This document shows, piece by piece, positions 33,640 to 45,945 of a stretch of 64,000 bases of DNA. The first letter of the stretch is position 1, and each line of letters opens with the position of its first letter. The DNA is from Flectonema sp. DT1601 (lineage: Eukaryota): the NCBI GenBank assembly GCA_964019425.1, contig OZ025804.1:186001-250000 (forward strand), written 5' to 3'. The notes under the pieces were generated by a model. The model did not search any database. It had not been told where the DNA came from and worked only from the letters and a program-made list of their open reading frames with translations. Position numbers and translations under genes: made by a program.

Positions 33640-35112
33640 ATGGTGGCGAACCATGTTCGAGACGTCTTGGCCGAGCATAAAGCTGTTTTACAAACCTTTT
33701 TATCTGATGATACATACAGAAGCGCTATGATTATGATTTGGACTGCAAGCTACGGAGGAGCGCTGCACGCCCCAGTGACGCCATTCTACTACCTTGAGAT
33801 GGGAGCAGATGAAATGGATATTGGATTATTTGGAGTTATTGGTTCATGTGGAATGTTGATTGCACCCTTCTATGGTTGGCTTCTAGACAAACACGGCAGC
33901 TACCCAGTCATGATTTTCAACTGTCTTCTATGTGCAACCGGATGTCTTTTACGTGGTGTGGCACCTACTCTTAAAATGGTTTTATGCGGAGTGCTTCTTC
34001 TAGGACTCGGTGGTGGTAATCTATGGAACACTACTTTATCTCATATTGTAAGACATACGCCTGAGAATAGGCGTTCCGCTCATATATCAGCTTTTCTATT
34101 TCAAGTTGGTGTTTTGCGGCTGTTAGGAAAGAGTATGTATCCCATATGGGATACTTTACTACGAATCTGTGGGTTGAACAATCAGCTAATGCGTTTCAGG
34201 GTGCACATGGGTGTTTGTACAGTTTTTTGTTTTTACGGAATTTTTATACTTTATCGGTCGAGGGCAGCGCTGTCGAAAACCGATCTTTGCCCAACGGTAT
34301 ATGAAAAAACAAGTGACATCGGAGAGGACGAGGACGATGCAAACGCATGTGAAGACCCTGATGAGCGAAACAACAACCAACGAGAACCAGAGTCCAACAA
34401 GGTCGGTATTGTGATTACATCCGTTGGAATGGCCTGCCAAGCATTAGTCTCAATGGTGATGGGTACTCTGTGGCCGTTGTTTTTACACGATCAATACGAT
34501 TGGGGTGCTTTGGAATACTCATATGTATTGTTTATAAATTCTGTTTTCATGACCCTCGCCGTAGCCTGTGCTCCCAGACTTGAGGTCCATGTTGGTTTTA
34601 TTCCATCAGCCATAGCTTTGTGCTTTGTGTCGGGAATATGTGTTTCCATGGCTTTTGGTTCTCCGGTACTGTTTGGGAATGAGTGGATGGGAAGAGTAAT
34701 TCATATTTTGTTTTTCGTATTGGGAAGTTCCTTTATTGCATGTTTAGAGCCTATATGCAAAGTTATAGGATCGTTATTTGCCCTGCCAACATCACAAGCC
34801 CGCGCGATGTCCGCCCTTGCAATTTCTGGCGGTATCGGAGAAATGATAGGTAGTGCCTCTGGGACTTTTCTCTACAAGAAATATTCAAAGCACCCCAATG
34901 GAGGTGTGCTTCCTGCTATATTGTTAATAGTTGTTTTAACAATATCGGTGTTTTTATTTGCAACGCTGTCACTGCCTACGAAACAACCGAAATCCTCCAG
35001 TGAAGCGGTTGATGTGGGGAACCTGCCAACAGGATTTGATGCTCCTTCTGGTGGGATGTCTCAACTGCGACATCTTCCTTCTAAAAACAATATTAATGAG
35101 TTAGATTCCTAA
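33640..35112 (+). CDS. Major facilitator superfamily transporter
   Basis: 490 aa with ~12 hydrophobic segments, motif A-like GWLLDKHG and an acidic central loop. Confidence 0.88.
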   Translation: MVANHVRDVLAEHKAVLQTFLSDDTYRSAMIMIWTASYGGALHAPVTPFYYLEMGADEMDIGLFGVIGSCGMLIAPFYGWLLDKHGSYPVMIFNCLLCATGCLLRGVAPTLKMVLCGVLLLGLGGGNLWNTTLSHIVRHTPENRRSAHISAFLFQVGVLRLLGKSMYPIWDTLLRICGLNNQLMRFRVHMGVCTVFCFYGIFILYRSRAALSKTDLCPTVYEKTSDIGEDEDDANACEDPDERNNNQREPESNKVGIVITSVGMACQALVSMVMGTLWPLFLHDQYDWGALEYSYVLFINSVFMTLAVACAPRLEVHVGFIPSAIALCFVSGICVSMAFGSPVLFGNEWMGRVIHILFFVLGSSFIACLEPICKVIGSLFALPTSQARAMSALAISGGIGEMIGSASGTFLYKKYSKHPNGGVLPAILLIVVLTISVFLFATLSLPTKQPKSSSEAVDVGNLPTGFDAPSGGMSQLRHLPSKNNINELDS

Positions 35113-35588
35113 TATAACCACATTGTTGATTGTGAAGACTTAATGATTCTTTAGGGTACTTATAATGGTTAACATACTCATCCAACCTTCTTAAGCCTCT
35201 CAAATAATAATTTTCACAAATTTCCCACTTCTGAATGGATACTTCTAGGTGACTTTTGAGCAATTCTTGCTGTAAAGCACATCAAGAAGATATCCTATTG
35301 ATTGATGTGATTATTGTATTTTAATTCCCTTCAGCGTAAGATGTTATATAAACAGAGTTGAACATACTTGAGTGATAAGCTCCAGGGCGGTTTTTGTTGT
35401 TGTAATTTTATTTCTACAGTTTGGGAGGGAAGAGGAAGAAAAGTGAGTTTTAGAGATTTTTCAAAGTGGACCGACAGTCCTCTCGTTGGTGCAACAACCC
35501 CTCCCGAAGGTTGTCAGCAGCAGATGATTTTAGTTCTGATATTGATACCGTTATCGGTGTGACTGATCTCCCTCAAGACTTCTTAATT

Positions 35589-37470
35589 ATGAGAGAAACT
35601 GCCGAAGACATGCGGCAGAAGATGAAGGAAGCAGAGAGAAAGCACCGACTGACTCACATGAACCAAATTATTGAATCTGTGAATCAAAATCTGGAAAAAA
35701 TTGAAATTTCAAACATGGGAACCATCCAAAAACGAAGACGAAAGAAAGAAGACCTTTTCAGGGCATTGGGATTACTAGATGGTAGACATGTGAATACGAT
35801 TTCAGAAAGTATCCATTACATATTAATAAAAATATTACACACAGCTGGATGGTTTTCTATTCGAATACGAACCCTCTTCACATCTGTTCGGAAAGTCCAA
35901 CGATGTGTAAGACAGTGGCTAATAACTATTTCACAAAAGAAAGCATTGCTGCTTCACATTTGGTCAAGTACCGAGGCTCAAGACCAGTCTCTGTCTAATC
36001 GAAAACTTGGTAAGAAACGATTCACATCATCTCAGCAGTTCTCGTCTATAAATGATATCAGTGCGAACTACTTCAGAAAGTGGGTACCTAAAGAGCTTAA
36101 GCTTGACGTCATTCATGATTTATACAACGAAGCAAAACTACGTTGGAAGAAACGCTACGCTGACTGGCGCTTTGAAACTCGTCAACAGCGATGTAGTGTC
36201 CGCGAGCGGAAATTAATTCTAAAAAAAATGTATCGATGTGAAAATAACGTTCGATATTTGTGTGGACTTCCACCAAGCGTCCGCGACGATCGGGAAATGA
36301 TCGATACGCAGATCTCTCCTTCTCCAGGTTTGTTATTACTGTTTGAATCCGCGACTTATGTTTTAATAATACAAGTATTAAAAATAAACTAATAATGCAA
36401 CAGGCTTTTTCTGGCTGGAAGAACTCGTAACTGAATACTCTGTTGATCATCTTACATACATGGCTTACCTCAAAGATCGTGAACGTTCTATAGCAGTGCT
36501 TGTTCCTGGCTTGTCGGCTACAGAGCGGGGTGCACTTTTAAAGAAGAAGCATCTCGACGCGGAGGATTTACTTCCGATGGAACAGACCCGCCCAGTGATA
36601 TTATCTGAGTTGTTAAGGAACGGACATCGAAGTATTGTTTTTGTATTGTCAGGAGGATTTCATCATCCATTGTTAGCCGGTCAAAAGGAAGGGATAGATC
36701 CTGTCAACATATTGAGAAGAACTCCAAAACAACGGAGAGCAGAGGCTCAGAGAAAATCTGTTGATCTCACCGCCCGCACTGCCATACTGATGAACGCTCC
36801 CATCCAACAGGCTGTTGAAATTGCTGATCATCAAGCAACTCAAACTTTTATATCGAATACGTTTAATCATGAAAAGTCAAGACTGGGATCTCTTCACGCC
36901 AAAACTGTCGCTCGTAAGATGTCGATTCTTAATACAGGATTCACAGCTGGGTATTGGGAAACCTTTGCCAGGCAAGGCGATCGCCTTCCGATTGTCAAAA
37001 GCAAAGAAAAACAACGATGGGCAAGATTTCCCGTTCAAAAACGACGTCCTGACCCAGTCTCATATTTTAAGGGAAGATGTACTTTTGACAACTGCGACTG
37101 TCAAATGTTTAAAATTATTGGAAGGGAAGCCACTCAGCGAGGGGGAACTCTAATATGCGCTTCTTGCAATCACTGGAATCGATACCATGGATTATCTGAG
37201 TCTTCTTTATTACTTTGGAGAGCTGATGCTACCTTTGGACCCGTTTCTTATGAAGCAAAAAACCGAGATTCCTGTCCAGCTGGTGTAGTTGCTCCTGTTG
37301 AAGGTGTGAATTCCACCCAAGGGGTAATCACTTCCTCTTCTTCTCCATTCGTAGATGTAGCCCTTGCAGCTAACTCACGGATGCAGGAATCTGACTTACC
37401 ACAGAAATACGATCTCACATTATTTAGGAAATCTTCTTTTTACAAAAAACACGTTCTAAGATCGACATAA
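35589..37470 (+). CDS. Hypothetical protein, two exons (intron 36328-36403), with a C-terminal Cys/His cluster
   Basis: A GTTTGT...CAACAG intron joins ORF 35466-36392 in frame to ORF 36460-37470 (SPSPG-FFWLEELV). The cluster is CTFDNCDC...CASCNHWNRYH. The start is uncertain (first ATG 35589; frame open from 35466). Confidence 0.65.
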
Positions 37471-37758
37471 TCAGATACTTGTATTTACACAGATGATGTG
37501 CTGACGTGTTTTATATTTTTTTTTGACACTTTTTGTTATTAATTCCTCTTATTGTTTCTTTTAAATTCGTTTTTAATTCCGCAGTCGGCACTGCCAGCTG
37601 TTATTTTGGCAGGATGTATCACAAAGTCAAATCGAAAATTTATGATTTTTTTTTTTTTTTTTTTTTTTCACCCAGCCAAGAAAATATTTGATATTACTTT
37701 TGTATTGGTACCTAAAGTTGTTACTATTTCTTTATCCCCCTCAGCGGTTAATATTATT

Positions 37759-39153
37759 ATGTATTTTCCTAAAAGAAATGTATCATTGTGTGTGTTAATA
37801 CTTTTACTACCTGTGAACTGTTCTGACGTCGGATGTGGGGAACCAGCGTATGAGGTTACTGACTGCACAAATATCCACTGTCCAAGATGGATTATGGGAC
37901 ACTGTGTGAGAGGATTACCTGAAGGATCAGAATGTTTGTTAGATCATGATTGCCAGCAAGCAGATTGCTTAGACAGACTTACAAAGGACAGTTGTGCAGG
38001 AGAGAAATGTGAATGTGGACCAACTCAATTAGATCACATCAGTTCCAAGAGTGCGGTCATAAGTGCACTCGGGGCTGCTGCTTGTTTCGGATGTATGTTC
38101 GTTCCTCTTCACAATCACGTTGACCCGACGAATATTGATGTTGTTACTCAATTTCTTCTCGCCTCAGGAGTGTGGATTGTCGGTGTTGGTTTTTCATTAG
38201 CACGTCCTGGCACAGTCATGCATCCCTTTGCTGTGATTGGTGGTCTTAGTTATGCAGTCGCAAACATGCTTACACCATTAGTTGTTGCTTTAATTGGGGC
38301 ACCTGTTTCGATGTCTATATGGGCTCTCTCTTCAATGTTCACGGGGTGGACAATTTCATATTTTGGGTTGTTTGGTCTCCCTGAATCAAGGCATGATATA
38401 AACATGTCCCTAAGCATTGCTGGACTCTCTCTGGGAGCAGTTGCTATTCTTTGCTTTCAGAGGATTAGAGTTCGGAATAAAGAAAACGTACCTCTTGAAA
38501 ATACTGGAACGAGTACAACTGAAAACCAAGCAATGTACACTGCTGCACAAGGTGGAGAAGAAGATTTCGAAGAAGACGAGAGCGGGTGTGAGGAAGACGA
38601 TTTACCGCATCCTGACTCCCCAACAATTTCTAGAAGTTGGGTTCAGAAGTTAGGCCCCCTTGAGCGTCGTTTGGTTGGTTACTTCCTATCAGTTGCAGCC
38701 GGAGTAGCATACGGTGCTCACATGGCACCTGTAGTTTACATGGCTCATAACTGGGATTCATTAAGTAGAGGTAATGCTGTACCATTTAGTCCTTATGGAT
38801 TAGATTATGTGTTTTCACAAACTTGTGGACTTCTTCTTGGAGCGACATCCCATGCTCTGTTAGCTATCTTAGGTGGTTGGGGTGCTGCGCAATTAAATTC
38901 ATCCGCCTTGCTTCCGTCCCTCTGCTCTGGTGCCATTTGGGGCATTGGTCATGCTCTAGCTATTTACGCTGCGACAACATTTAATCTTGCTGTATCTCAT
39001 CCGATTATTGTTATTGTGACGCCTGTCATTTCATCATTTTGGTCCTCTGCAATCTACCGAAATATTACACCAAAGCACTTCCAAAATCTGTCATTCGCGC
39101 TTGCGTTATCAGTGGCGTCGGCTGCGTGCACTGTAGGGTCGATTGCCGACTGA
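37759..39153 (+). CDS. TMEM144-like / DMT-superfamily membrane transporter with an N-terminal signal and Cys-rich region
   Basis: ATG at 37759 (MYFPKRN). About 10 TM segments; the motifs CFGCMFVP, HPFAVIGG, GLDYVFS and SGAIWGIG resemble TMEM144. Confidence 0.75.
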   Translation: MYFPKRNVSLCVLILLLPVNCSDVGCGEPAYEVTDCTNIHCPRWIMGHCVRGLPEGSECLLDHDCQQADCLDRLTKDSCAGEKCECGPTQLDHISSKSAVISALGAAACFGCMFVPLHNHVDPTNIDVVTQFLLASGVWIVGVGFSLARPGTVMHPFAVIGGLSYAVANMLTPLVVALIGAPVSMSIWALSSMFTGWTISYFGLFGLPESRHDINMSLSIAGLSLGAVAILCFQRIRVRNKENVPLENTGTSTTENQAMYTAAQGGEEDFEEDESGCEEDDLPHPDSPTISRSWVQKLGPLERRLVGYFLSVAAGVAYGAHMAPVVYMAHNWDSLSRGNAVPFSPYGLDYVFSQTCGLLLGATSHALLAILGGWGAAQLNSSALLPSLCSGAIWGIGHALAIYAATTFNLAVSHPIIVIVTPVISSFWSSAIYRNITPKHFQNLSFALALSVASAACTVGSIAD

Positions 39154-40390
39154 GATATGTATCGCAGCAGTTGTTATCAGATTTTTAATTAAATTATGGT
39201 GGCAGCTTTATGTGGAAAAAAAAAAAAAAAAAAAAAATTATTTGTTTCGAAAGCAATCCATGATCCTTGCTCCCAATTATTGCGCGTTTTTTCTTTTTCT
39301 TTTTTTTTGCTTCTTACTCATTTTTGTTGTACTTCATCGTACCTGCGGGAGGGTTATTGTTCCTCTCGCTTTCAGTTTTGAAGACTTCGTCGTCATGCGA
39401 AACTCGTGGTTTGTACGGTTTAGAAAAAACGAAAAGAAAAACAAACAAAGTGAAAAAAAAAAAATTTAAAAAGTTCATATTTTGTATTCAAATTAAATAA
39501 GTTGTGTTTTGGTCGCGTGCTCATCCAAGTTTCTTCTTCTCCTTTTCAGTTTGGAGAAATTCTTTTTTTTTTTTTTTTTGATTAACAAAATAATCGACTT
39601 TGTTGTCGGTAGAATGTAAGAATTGTTTTCTACTTCCTGATGTCTGTTTTAAATTAAAACGTAGTTTTTTACTGCCTGAAGTTGGCTTTCATCCATCGAA
39701 GGTAAGGTATCATATTATTATAGAATCGTTGTTTTGTGTATTTCTTTGTTTTACTTTTACTTTTACTTTTACTTTTACTTAACTATTATTATTCACTTCA
39801 TGAGTCTTTACTTAAACGTTCGTGTTATTCATTTTATTTATTTACTTTTTTTTTCGGTTTGTTAAGCTAGGGGGGGGTAAAGGTAGAAAGCTGAAGTTTG
39901 TCGTCTTTTTTAATTTTTTTCTAATAAATTAAATTACCTCTCTTCAGCTGAAGCTAATTCAGCAATCCAAACCAAGTCTTCGGAAACTGTTAAGGATTGG
40001 GTCCTCTGTTGTTGTGACGTTAGATCACGTGACTGGTTTCGATTTAGCGCACTTATCTTGTGATAAACTCATTTTACGAATTTTCTGCATTTGATTTTTT
40101 TTTTTTTTTTTGATTGACTGTACAAGATTAAGGCTCCTGAAACTACGTATTCCACAAGTGGTTTTTTGGGAACAGCAGAGTAATTTATTTGATGTTTTTC
40201 ACGTGTCTTATTTTCTCGAATTTATTTTTTTAATAATCTCATACACTAACTTACAATGTAGGGAAGGGAACTCCTGAAGTTATGAAGTGCTCTGTTAGGA
40301 CTCGGTTGGTGGGTTTTTTGTTAAAAGTCACACAGCCGCTCCGTTGGTTCATTTTCATATCAACTTTTTCTTATAAAAAAAAAAAGTTTT

Positions 40391-40427
40391 TTTTTATCGT
40401 AGGATACTTCGTATCCTACGATAAAAA
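40391..40427. repeat. Perfect 17-bp-stem hairpin TTTTTATCGTAGGATAC-TTC-GTATCCTACGATAAAAA
   Basis: Directly visible inverted repeat in an intergenic region. Confidence 0.9.
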
Positions 40428-41076
40428 CGCTTGAATTGGAGTTTTATCATTTTTTTGGTATCTCTTAACAACAATCTGCACTGCAGGTTTTTTGTTTTAC
40501 TGCGAAGGGAAAGCAATGAATTGCTTCGTGAGCTTCTTACTGTTAGTTGTTTCTACTGTTTTGGGCTCTTTTTGTTGCCTTCCGTGAAATAACTGACGTA
40601 GACAATTTTCCTATCTTTTTTTTTTTTTTTTTTTTTTTTTTTGCAAGAGAATATTTCCACGTTTCCCTCCAACCCCTTAGTCCGTCAGTTTTGGTTTTTT
40701 TGTTTTGTTTTGTTAAACAACAGAGAAGTACTTTATCTCAGGTGTGTAAGCAGGTCTTTGTTTACGCACTCTGGTGATAAGGTCCTTCTATTCTTGTTGC
40801 AAACGTGTCTTTTGTGCACATCGATATCAGTGGTGTTTTTTTTTTTTTTTTGTACTCACCCATCGATATGACTACTGAATTACTATTCTATTCTTTCTTT
40901 ACAGCATCTTAATATAACAGGCAAGGTTGAAACATTGTGGTTGTAGTTGACCTTCTACCTGATATAAGAAGGCTTATTGAAGATCTATTCAGTGACTTTT
41001 GTAATCTTTAATTCTTTTTATAAGGGAAAGAAATAAATTAATAACATAAAAAAAAATAAATAAAAAATAAAATAAA

Positions 41077-42321
41077 ATGGATAGATTACTGAAAGCTATC
41101 GGAGTGTTGGGTGAATTTAATGAACTGGTGGTGGCCGCTACTATCCCGGCAGAGGATGGTGGGCTGGATGTGAATTGGGAGAAAGTTCTTGAGATTTGTG
41201 ATTTAATGAATCTAACAATTCAAAATGGAAGAGAACTTTTAAAAACAATAAGAAAACGGCTCACCAACACCGACAAGAATATCTGTTATCTAACACTCGT
41301 CGTAGTGGAAACAATGATTAAGAATGGAGGCAGATCATTTCATATGCTGCTGTCAAGTACTCCCGATCTACTAAAAGAGATTTCAATCATAGCAGCCTCT
41401 TCGGAAGATCACATTTCTGTAGAACATGCGAGAAAGTTGGTGTTGGCACTTTCATTATTCTCACACGGTAGGAGGGAGCTGAAGGGATTTACAGCGATGG
41501 CAACACACACTGAACTAGCAGAATATCGTAAAACAACAATAACAGAGGATTGGAGAACTGTAACCGGTCCTGGAACTGCTGGAATCAAATCAGATCCAAA
41601 AAGTTATCAGGAGATCTCACCCAGAGCACCACCAGAAACACACGTTGTCAGAACATCTGAACCTCGAGAAGTTCCACCAGAAGGTCTTCACGCTCGTGTT
41701 GATCCCGTCGTCATCTCACCTCGCAGAGACCTACCTGATGAGATTAGAAAGATCTGGACTGATGTAAATCTTTTAAAAGCAAAGCTCCTCGACATTAACA
41801 GGGGACGTGAGTGCACTGAAACAGCCTTTGAAAGTTTAACATCACTAGCAGACGATATTCGTAATGGTAGATGTAAAGTAACTGAAGCAGCTAGTCACAG
41901 TACTAATACTTCTCAATTAACTTATTTATTAGAATTGAGTGACACTTTGAATGCTACTTTAGGTGAGTTTGATAGATTTGTTACCATCTACCAAACAGGT
42001 GAATCAAATAATAAAAACTCTGAAGACAGTGACGAGACTGAAGACTTCTTAGATGCGACTCCGAGAGAAGACTCAACACCGAGTGCTGCTCCTCAAACCG
42101 CATCCGATTCGAATATACGTTTGGACTTAGAGCAGGTGTTGAACCGTCCAACTCCACATGCCAGTACTCCTCCATCTCTTGGTGATTTCACTCATGTGAA
42201 AGAGACAAAACCAAATAACAACTCAGCAGCTATCCCTCTTTCTGATTCAGAATCTGAAGAGATAGAAACGTTTCAACCAGTGACTATGATGGAACCAATT
42301 GGTGTTGGAGGTATTAATTAA
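41077..42321 (+). CDS. VHS and GAT domain protein (TOM1-like)
   Basis: N-terminal VHS-like VNWEKVLEICDLMN...ELLKTIRKRL...LVVVETMIKNGG; GAT-like LTYLLELSDTLNATLGEFDR; acidic disordered tail. Confidence 0.82.
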   Translation: MDRLLKAIGVLGEFNELVVAATIPAEDGGLDVNWEKVLEICDLMNLTIQNGRELLKTIRKRLTNTDKNICYLTLVVVETMIKNGGRSFHMLLSSTPDLLKEISIIAASSEDHISVEHARKLVLALSLFSHGRRELKGFTAMATHTELAEYRKTTITEDWRTVTGPGTAGIKSDPKSYQEISPRAPPETHVVRTSEPREVPPEGLHARVDPVVISPRRDLPDEIRKIWTDVNLLKAKLLDINRGRECTETAFESLTSLADDIRNGRCKVTEAASHSTNTSQLTYLLELSDTLNATLGEFDRFVTIYQTGESNNKNSEDSDETEDFLDATPREDSTPSAAPQTASDSNIRLDLEQVLNRPTPHASTPPSLGDFTHVKETKPNNNSAAIPLSDSESEEIETFQPVTMMEPIGVGGIN

Positions 42322-43049
42322 AGTAATAAAACTATTGTTTTGTTTATGGCTATTTTGATTACAGTAGCTCATGGCACACACAGACCTGCGTGTTATCCAT
42401 CGTCGCTATTAATTGTACGTTCGTTTACAATATTTTCTTTGTAGGAGGAGGTTGTGGTGTCTTATTCACACTTCCTTTCTTGGTTCTCTTCGACATCCGT
42501 TTTGTTCTGATTGTAAAAGTGATATCGTTGTTTGTAGTCTTGAGAGTTAAATCTCTCTTGTGTGATCAATTCATATCCTCAGCTGTTTACCATTCGGTCG
42601 GGTTATGTTCTAAATGTGTGGATTTGTGTCTTTTTTTTTTCTTCTTTTCTTTTTTAGAACAACCGTGCAACAATGTTTTTCAAAAGTTCTTCTCTTCCCC
42701 CCACCCCGAGTGGTGTTACTGTTATTGTTGCTGAGTAGTTATCTATAAAGAGAAACAATGTCGTAACAGAAATATATAAAGTGAAAAAAAGTAGAAAGTT
42801 ATGATCCTTAACACAAGGCTCTCTACTTCTATTAGTAATCAGTTTTTGTTTCGTACAATCGGCATTCGTGATTCCCTCCCTTTCTTTTAATGAAGTACTG
42901 TTGTGACTGTTAGAAGGGGATAAGCTCAATTCAAATTCCAATTATTTTCTTACTAACCTTTTGAGACCTCTTTCTGAGTGCGGTCTATGATATTCCAACT
43001 GCTGTGAATAATTTCTTTTTTTGTACCGACGTTGTCGGTGAAGAAACTA

Positions 43050-43148
43050 TTCAGATTGAAAGCCGATATTTCTTGTGGTCATGGTTTTGTTTTCCCGTGT
43101 GCGACAGGATTTTATCTGCGTTCAACGAAATATAAGGCTAATCTGAAT

Positions 43149-43152
<4 letters not shown>
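43050..43152. repeat. Short dispersed intergenic repeat, copy 1
   Basis: TTTCCCGTG(TG)CGACAGGATT.T.TCTGCGTTCAACGAAATA.AAGGCTAATCTGAAT also occurs at ~45619-45674. Confidence 0.7.
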
Positions 43153-43184
<32 letters not shown>

Positions 43185-43500
43185 ATTAATGTCGTATCGT
43201 TAGGCGATGCCGATCGATTTTACCCGCGTGATTCCCTTATTGTTGACAACAGTGTTGATGTGTGTTTTTTATTTTATTTTATTTTGTTTTGTTAAAAAAT
43301 GTTTTCTTTTTTTGGAACAATACTAAGCTGGAAAAATAACCAACCAACTACACTAACAGTTTACCATATACAACAGGTATACATAAACAAGATGAGTGAC
43401 CTTAACTGATGTGTGAGTAGTCTTATTAAATTGTATTTGTCTTAAGAAATTTTATTGACAGAGAGGAAAAAAAAAAAAAAAAAAAAATTAAAAAAAAACA

Positions 43501-44091
43501 ATGTCTCAGGATTTAAAGGTTGTGATGGTCGGAGACGTCAGTGTTGGTAAGACTAGTATTGTAACACGATTTACATCAAACAAATTTTCAGAGAATGTCA
43601 GTCAAACAATTGGAGCATCTTGTCTCTTCAGAGAGCTAGAAGTCGGAGGTACGCCTGTCAAATTCTCAGTCTGGGACACAGCAGGACAAGAAATTTATCA
43701 CAGCATGGTTCCTGTTTATTTTAGACAAGCTGCTGCTGTAATTTTAACATACGATATCTCTAATAAAGATACGTTGAAAGCTGTACAGAAATGGATAGAT
43801 CAAATTAAAGGACACGCGCCAGCAGAAGTTGTCGTTGCTCTCGTCGGTAACAAATCAGATCTTCTGGAGTCGGATGACGAGAGTGATGATGCAAAGGACG
43901 TCGCACTTATGATTGACGGATTTCATACATCAGTTTCTGCAAAGACTGGTGATAACGTGAGTGAGTTATTTGAGGAAATATATAAACAATATTTAATTAA
44001 GAATCCAGACAAGAAACCGAGTTCGAAATCTACCGTAAAACTACCAGGTGATAATGGATCAAAGCAAGATGGTAAGCCATGTGCATGTTAG
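43501..44091 (+). CDS. Rab small GTPase (Rab5/22/31-like)
   Basis: GDVSVGKTS, TIGA, WDTAGQE, GNKSD and SAKTG motifs, with a C-terminal CAC prenylation motif. Confidence 0.93.
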   Translation: MSQDLKVVMVGDVSVGKTSIVTRFTSNKFSENVSQTIGASCLFRELEVGGTPVKFSVWDTAGQEIYHSMVPVYFRQAAAVILTYDISNKDTLKAVQKWIDQIKGHAPAEVVVALVGNKSDLLESDDESDDAKDVALMIDGFHTSVSAKTGDNVSELFEEIYKQYLIKNPDKKPSSKSTVKLPGDNGSKQDGKPCAC

Positions 44092-45594
44092 TCATCCAAC
44101 TCACTGACTGCGTTGGCTATAATGCAACTAAGGATCGATTCCAGTGAGAAACAGATCCTCATTAATTATGAAGTATCGAAATCACAAGTTTTTTTTTTTT
44201 TTTTTTTTTTTTTTGACTACAGTGATAACATAAAATAGACTTAAAGGTCTGAAGCAGCTGTCACTATTTTCTCTGCAAACAGTGATGGACAATTAATTGG
44301 AGGGGAAAAAAAAAAAAAAAAAAAAAAAACTAACTAACTACCACTACCATACTAACTACTTACTTTCCGTGTTGTGTGTTCTTGTTTCCCTTTTCATGTG
44401 TATTCCCCGTTTCTTGCTATGTTGTAGATATATAATTATCATTCTTGTTACGTTACGTTGTTCTCTTCAATTTCACAATCTCTCTCTTTTTTTTTGAAGG
44501 GAATAGAACATGGGAAATACTCTAAAGCGAAAAAAATATAAATAAATAAGAATAACTAGCCATAGGGTCGCTTATCGCGCTCTCCCAATACGATACCTGT
44601 GTTCTTAAGAGGGATTTTTAAAGTTTTATTTTAGTGAAGTTACTTTTTTTTGAAACTTCTTCATTGTTTTTTCATATTTTTGAAATTAACCCCCCTCCAC
44701 CCTTTTCGACTCTGTGATTGCATTAAAGGACAAAAAAAAAAAAGAAAAAAAATAGCGGCATACCTATCTCCCCTCACGGTCCATCTGGATTGCTGTTTCG
44801 TGCCTAAACAAAAAAAAAAAAATAACTACTAACTTTTTTTTTCTTATGATTGATGTTGTTAATCGTAGGTCCTTTTTTTTCCCCCTTCGTTTTTATTTTT
44901 GTTTATCTGTTTGTGTTAAAAAAGCAGAAACGGATTTGCTTCCAACTGGAACATAAGATTTCCGGGTGATTTCATTTCCGATCTGTGAAATAATAGTGTG
45001 CATCTGTTCACCTGTGGGGACAAAAAAAAAAATAAAAGAAAAATTACGGTTCCCCGGCTGCGCGCGTGTTGCGCTCACCACTTTGTGTTTTTGTTTGTGA
45101 CACATGATGAAGTGAATCTTGCCTTATTTGCTTTGAAAAATATTTCATTTTTTCCCCCCAAACTTTTGTTTCAACTTGATGAACGTTGAAAAGTTGACTG
45201 CGGCTTAGACTTCACAGGCAGGGTAGTCAGCACCAGTTAAGGTCACTGATGGGCCTTTAGAGAGATAGGTATCGGTCAATTGCTTCGCTCAAAAAGAAAA
45301 ATACTCTCTTCTCGTTTGGTTTCCGCACCAAAACATGCCTGAGTATCGTACATGGGAGCGGTTTAATTCAATATCTGACATCGCAGAGTCAGAAGTGTGG
45401 GAAATAATAACACAAGGGAAAAAAAAAAAAATTAAAAAAAGAAAAGATTGAATTTTGAAAGTTCTTTTTTGCTTCAGGTTCTGATCTTATTTATGTCATT
45501 GATTTTTTTTTTGTTGCACAAAAACAAAAAAATAAGATCTTTTTTTTATTTTATTTTATGCCAACGTAGTCCGAGAAAAAGGTTTTCGGATCGA

Positions 45595-45680
45595 AAACTG
45601 TTATTTCTTATGGTCATTTTTCCCGTGCGACAGGATTCTGTCTGCGTTCAACGAAATAAAAGGCTAATCTGAATGGTTTT
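45595..45680. repeat. Short dispersed intergenic repeat, copy 2
   Basis: Similar to 43050-43152. Confidence 0.7.
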
Positions 45681-45945
45681 TCTTTCCTACTCGAATGTCA
45701 GGTTTTCTTTGAGAAGTATTGATCAGCACTCTGCCTGCCGGTGAGAATACCTTAAGGGGAGGGGCTGCTTGCACCTTGTAGAAAAAAGGGCAAATTAAGT
45801 CATTTTTTTTGCGGAAAAAAGAACACACGTGGCGTACCTCTGCAATTCAAACGGTTGTTTGTAATTTTTGTGTTAATGAAAAACTTTTATTTTATTTTCA
45901 AAAAAACAGACTTTATATTTTATCAAAAAAAAAAGTAACTTTAAG

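Noticed and set aside
39143..40871. Short ORFs rich in poly-F/poly-K in intergenic regions (also 44.3-45.8, 47.6-48.8 and 51.2-52.0 kb)
   Set aside because: They are translations of poly-T/poly-A tracts with no coding signal.
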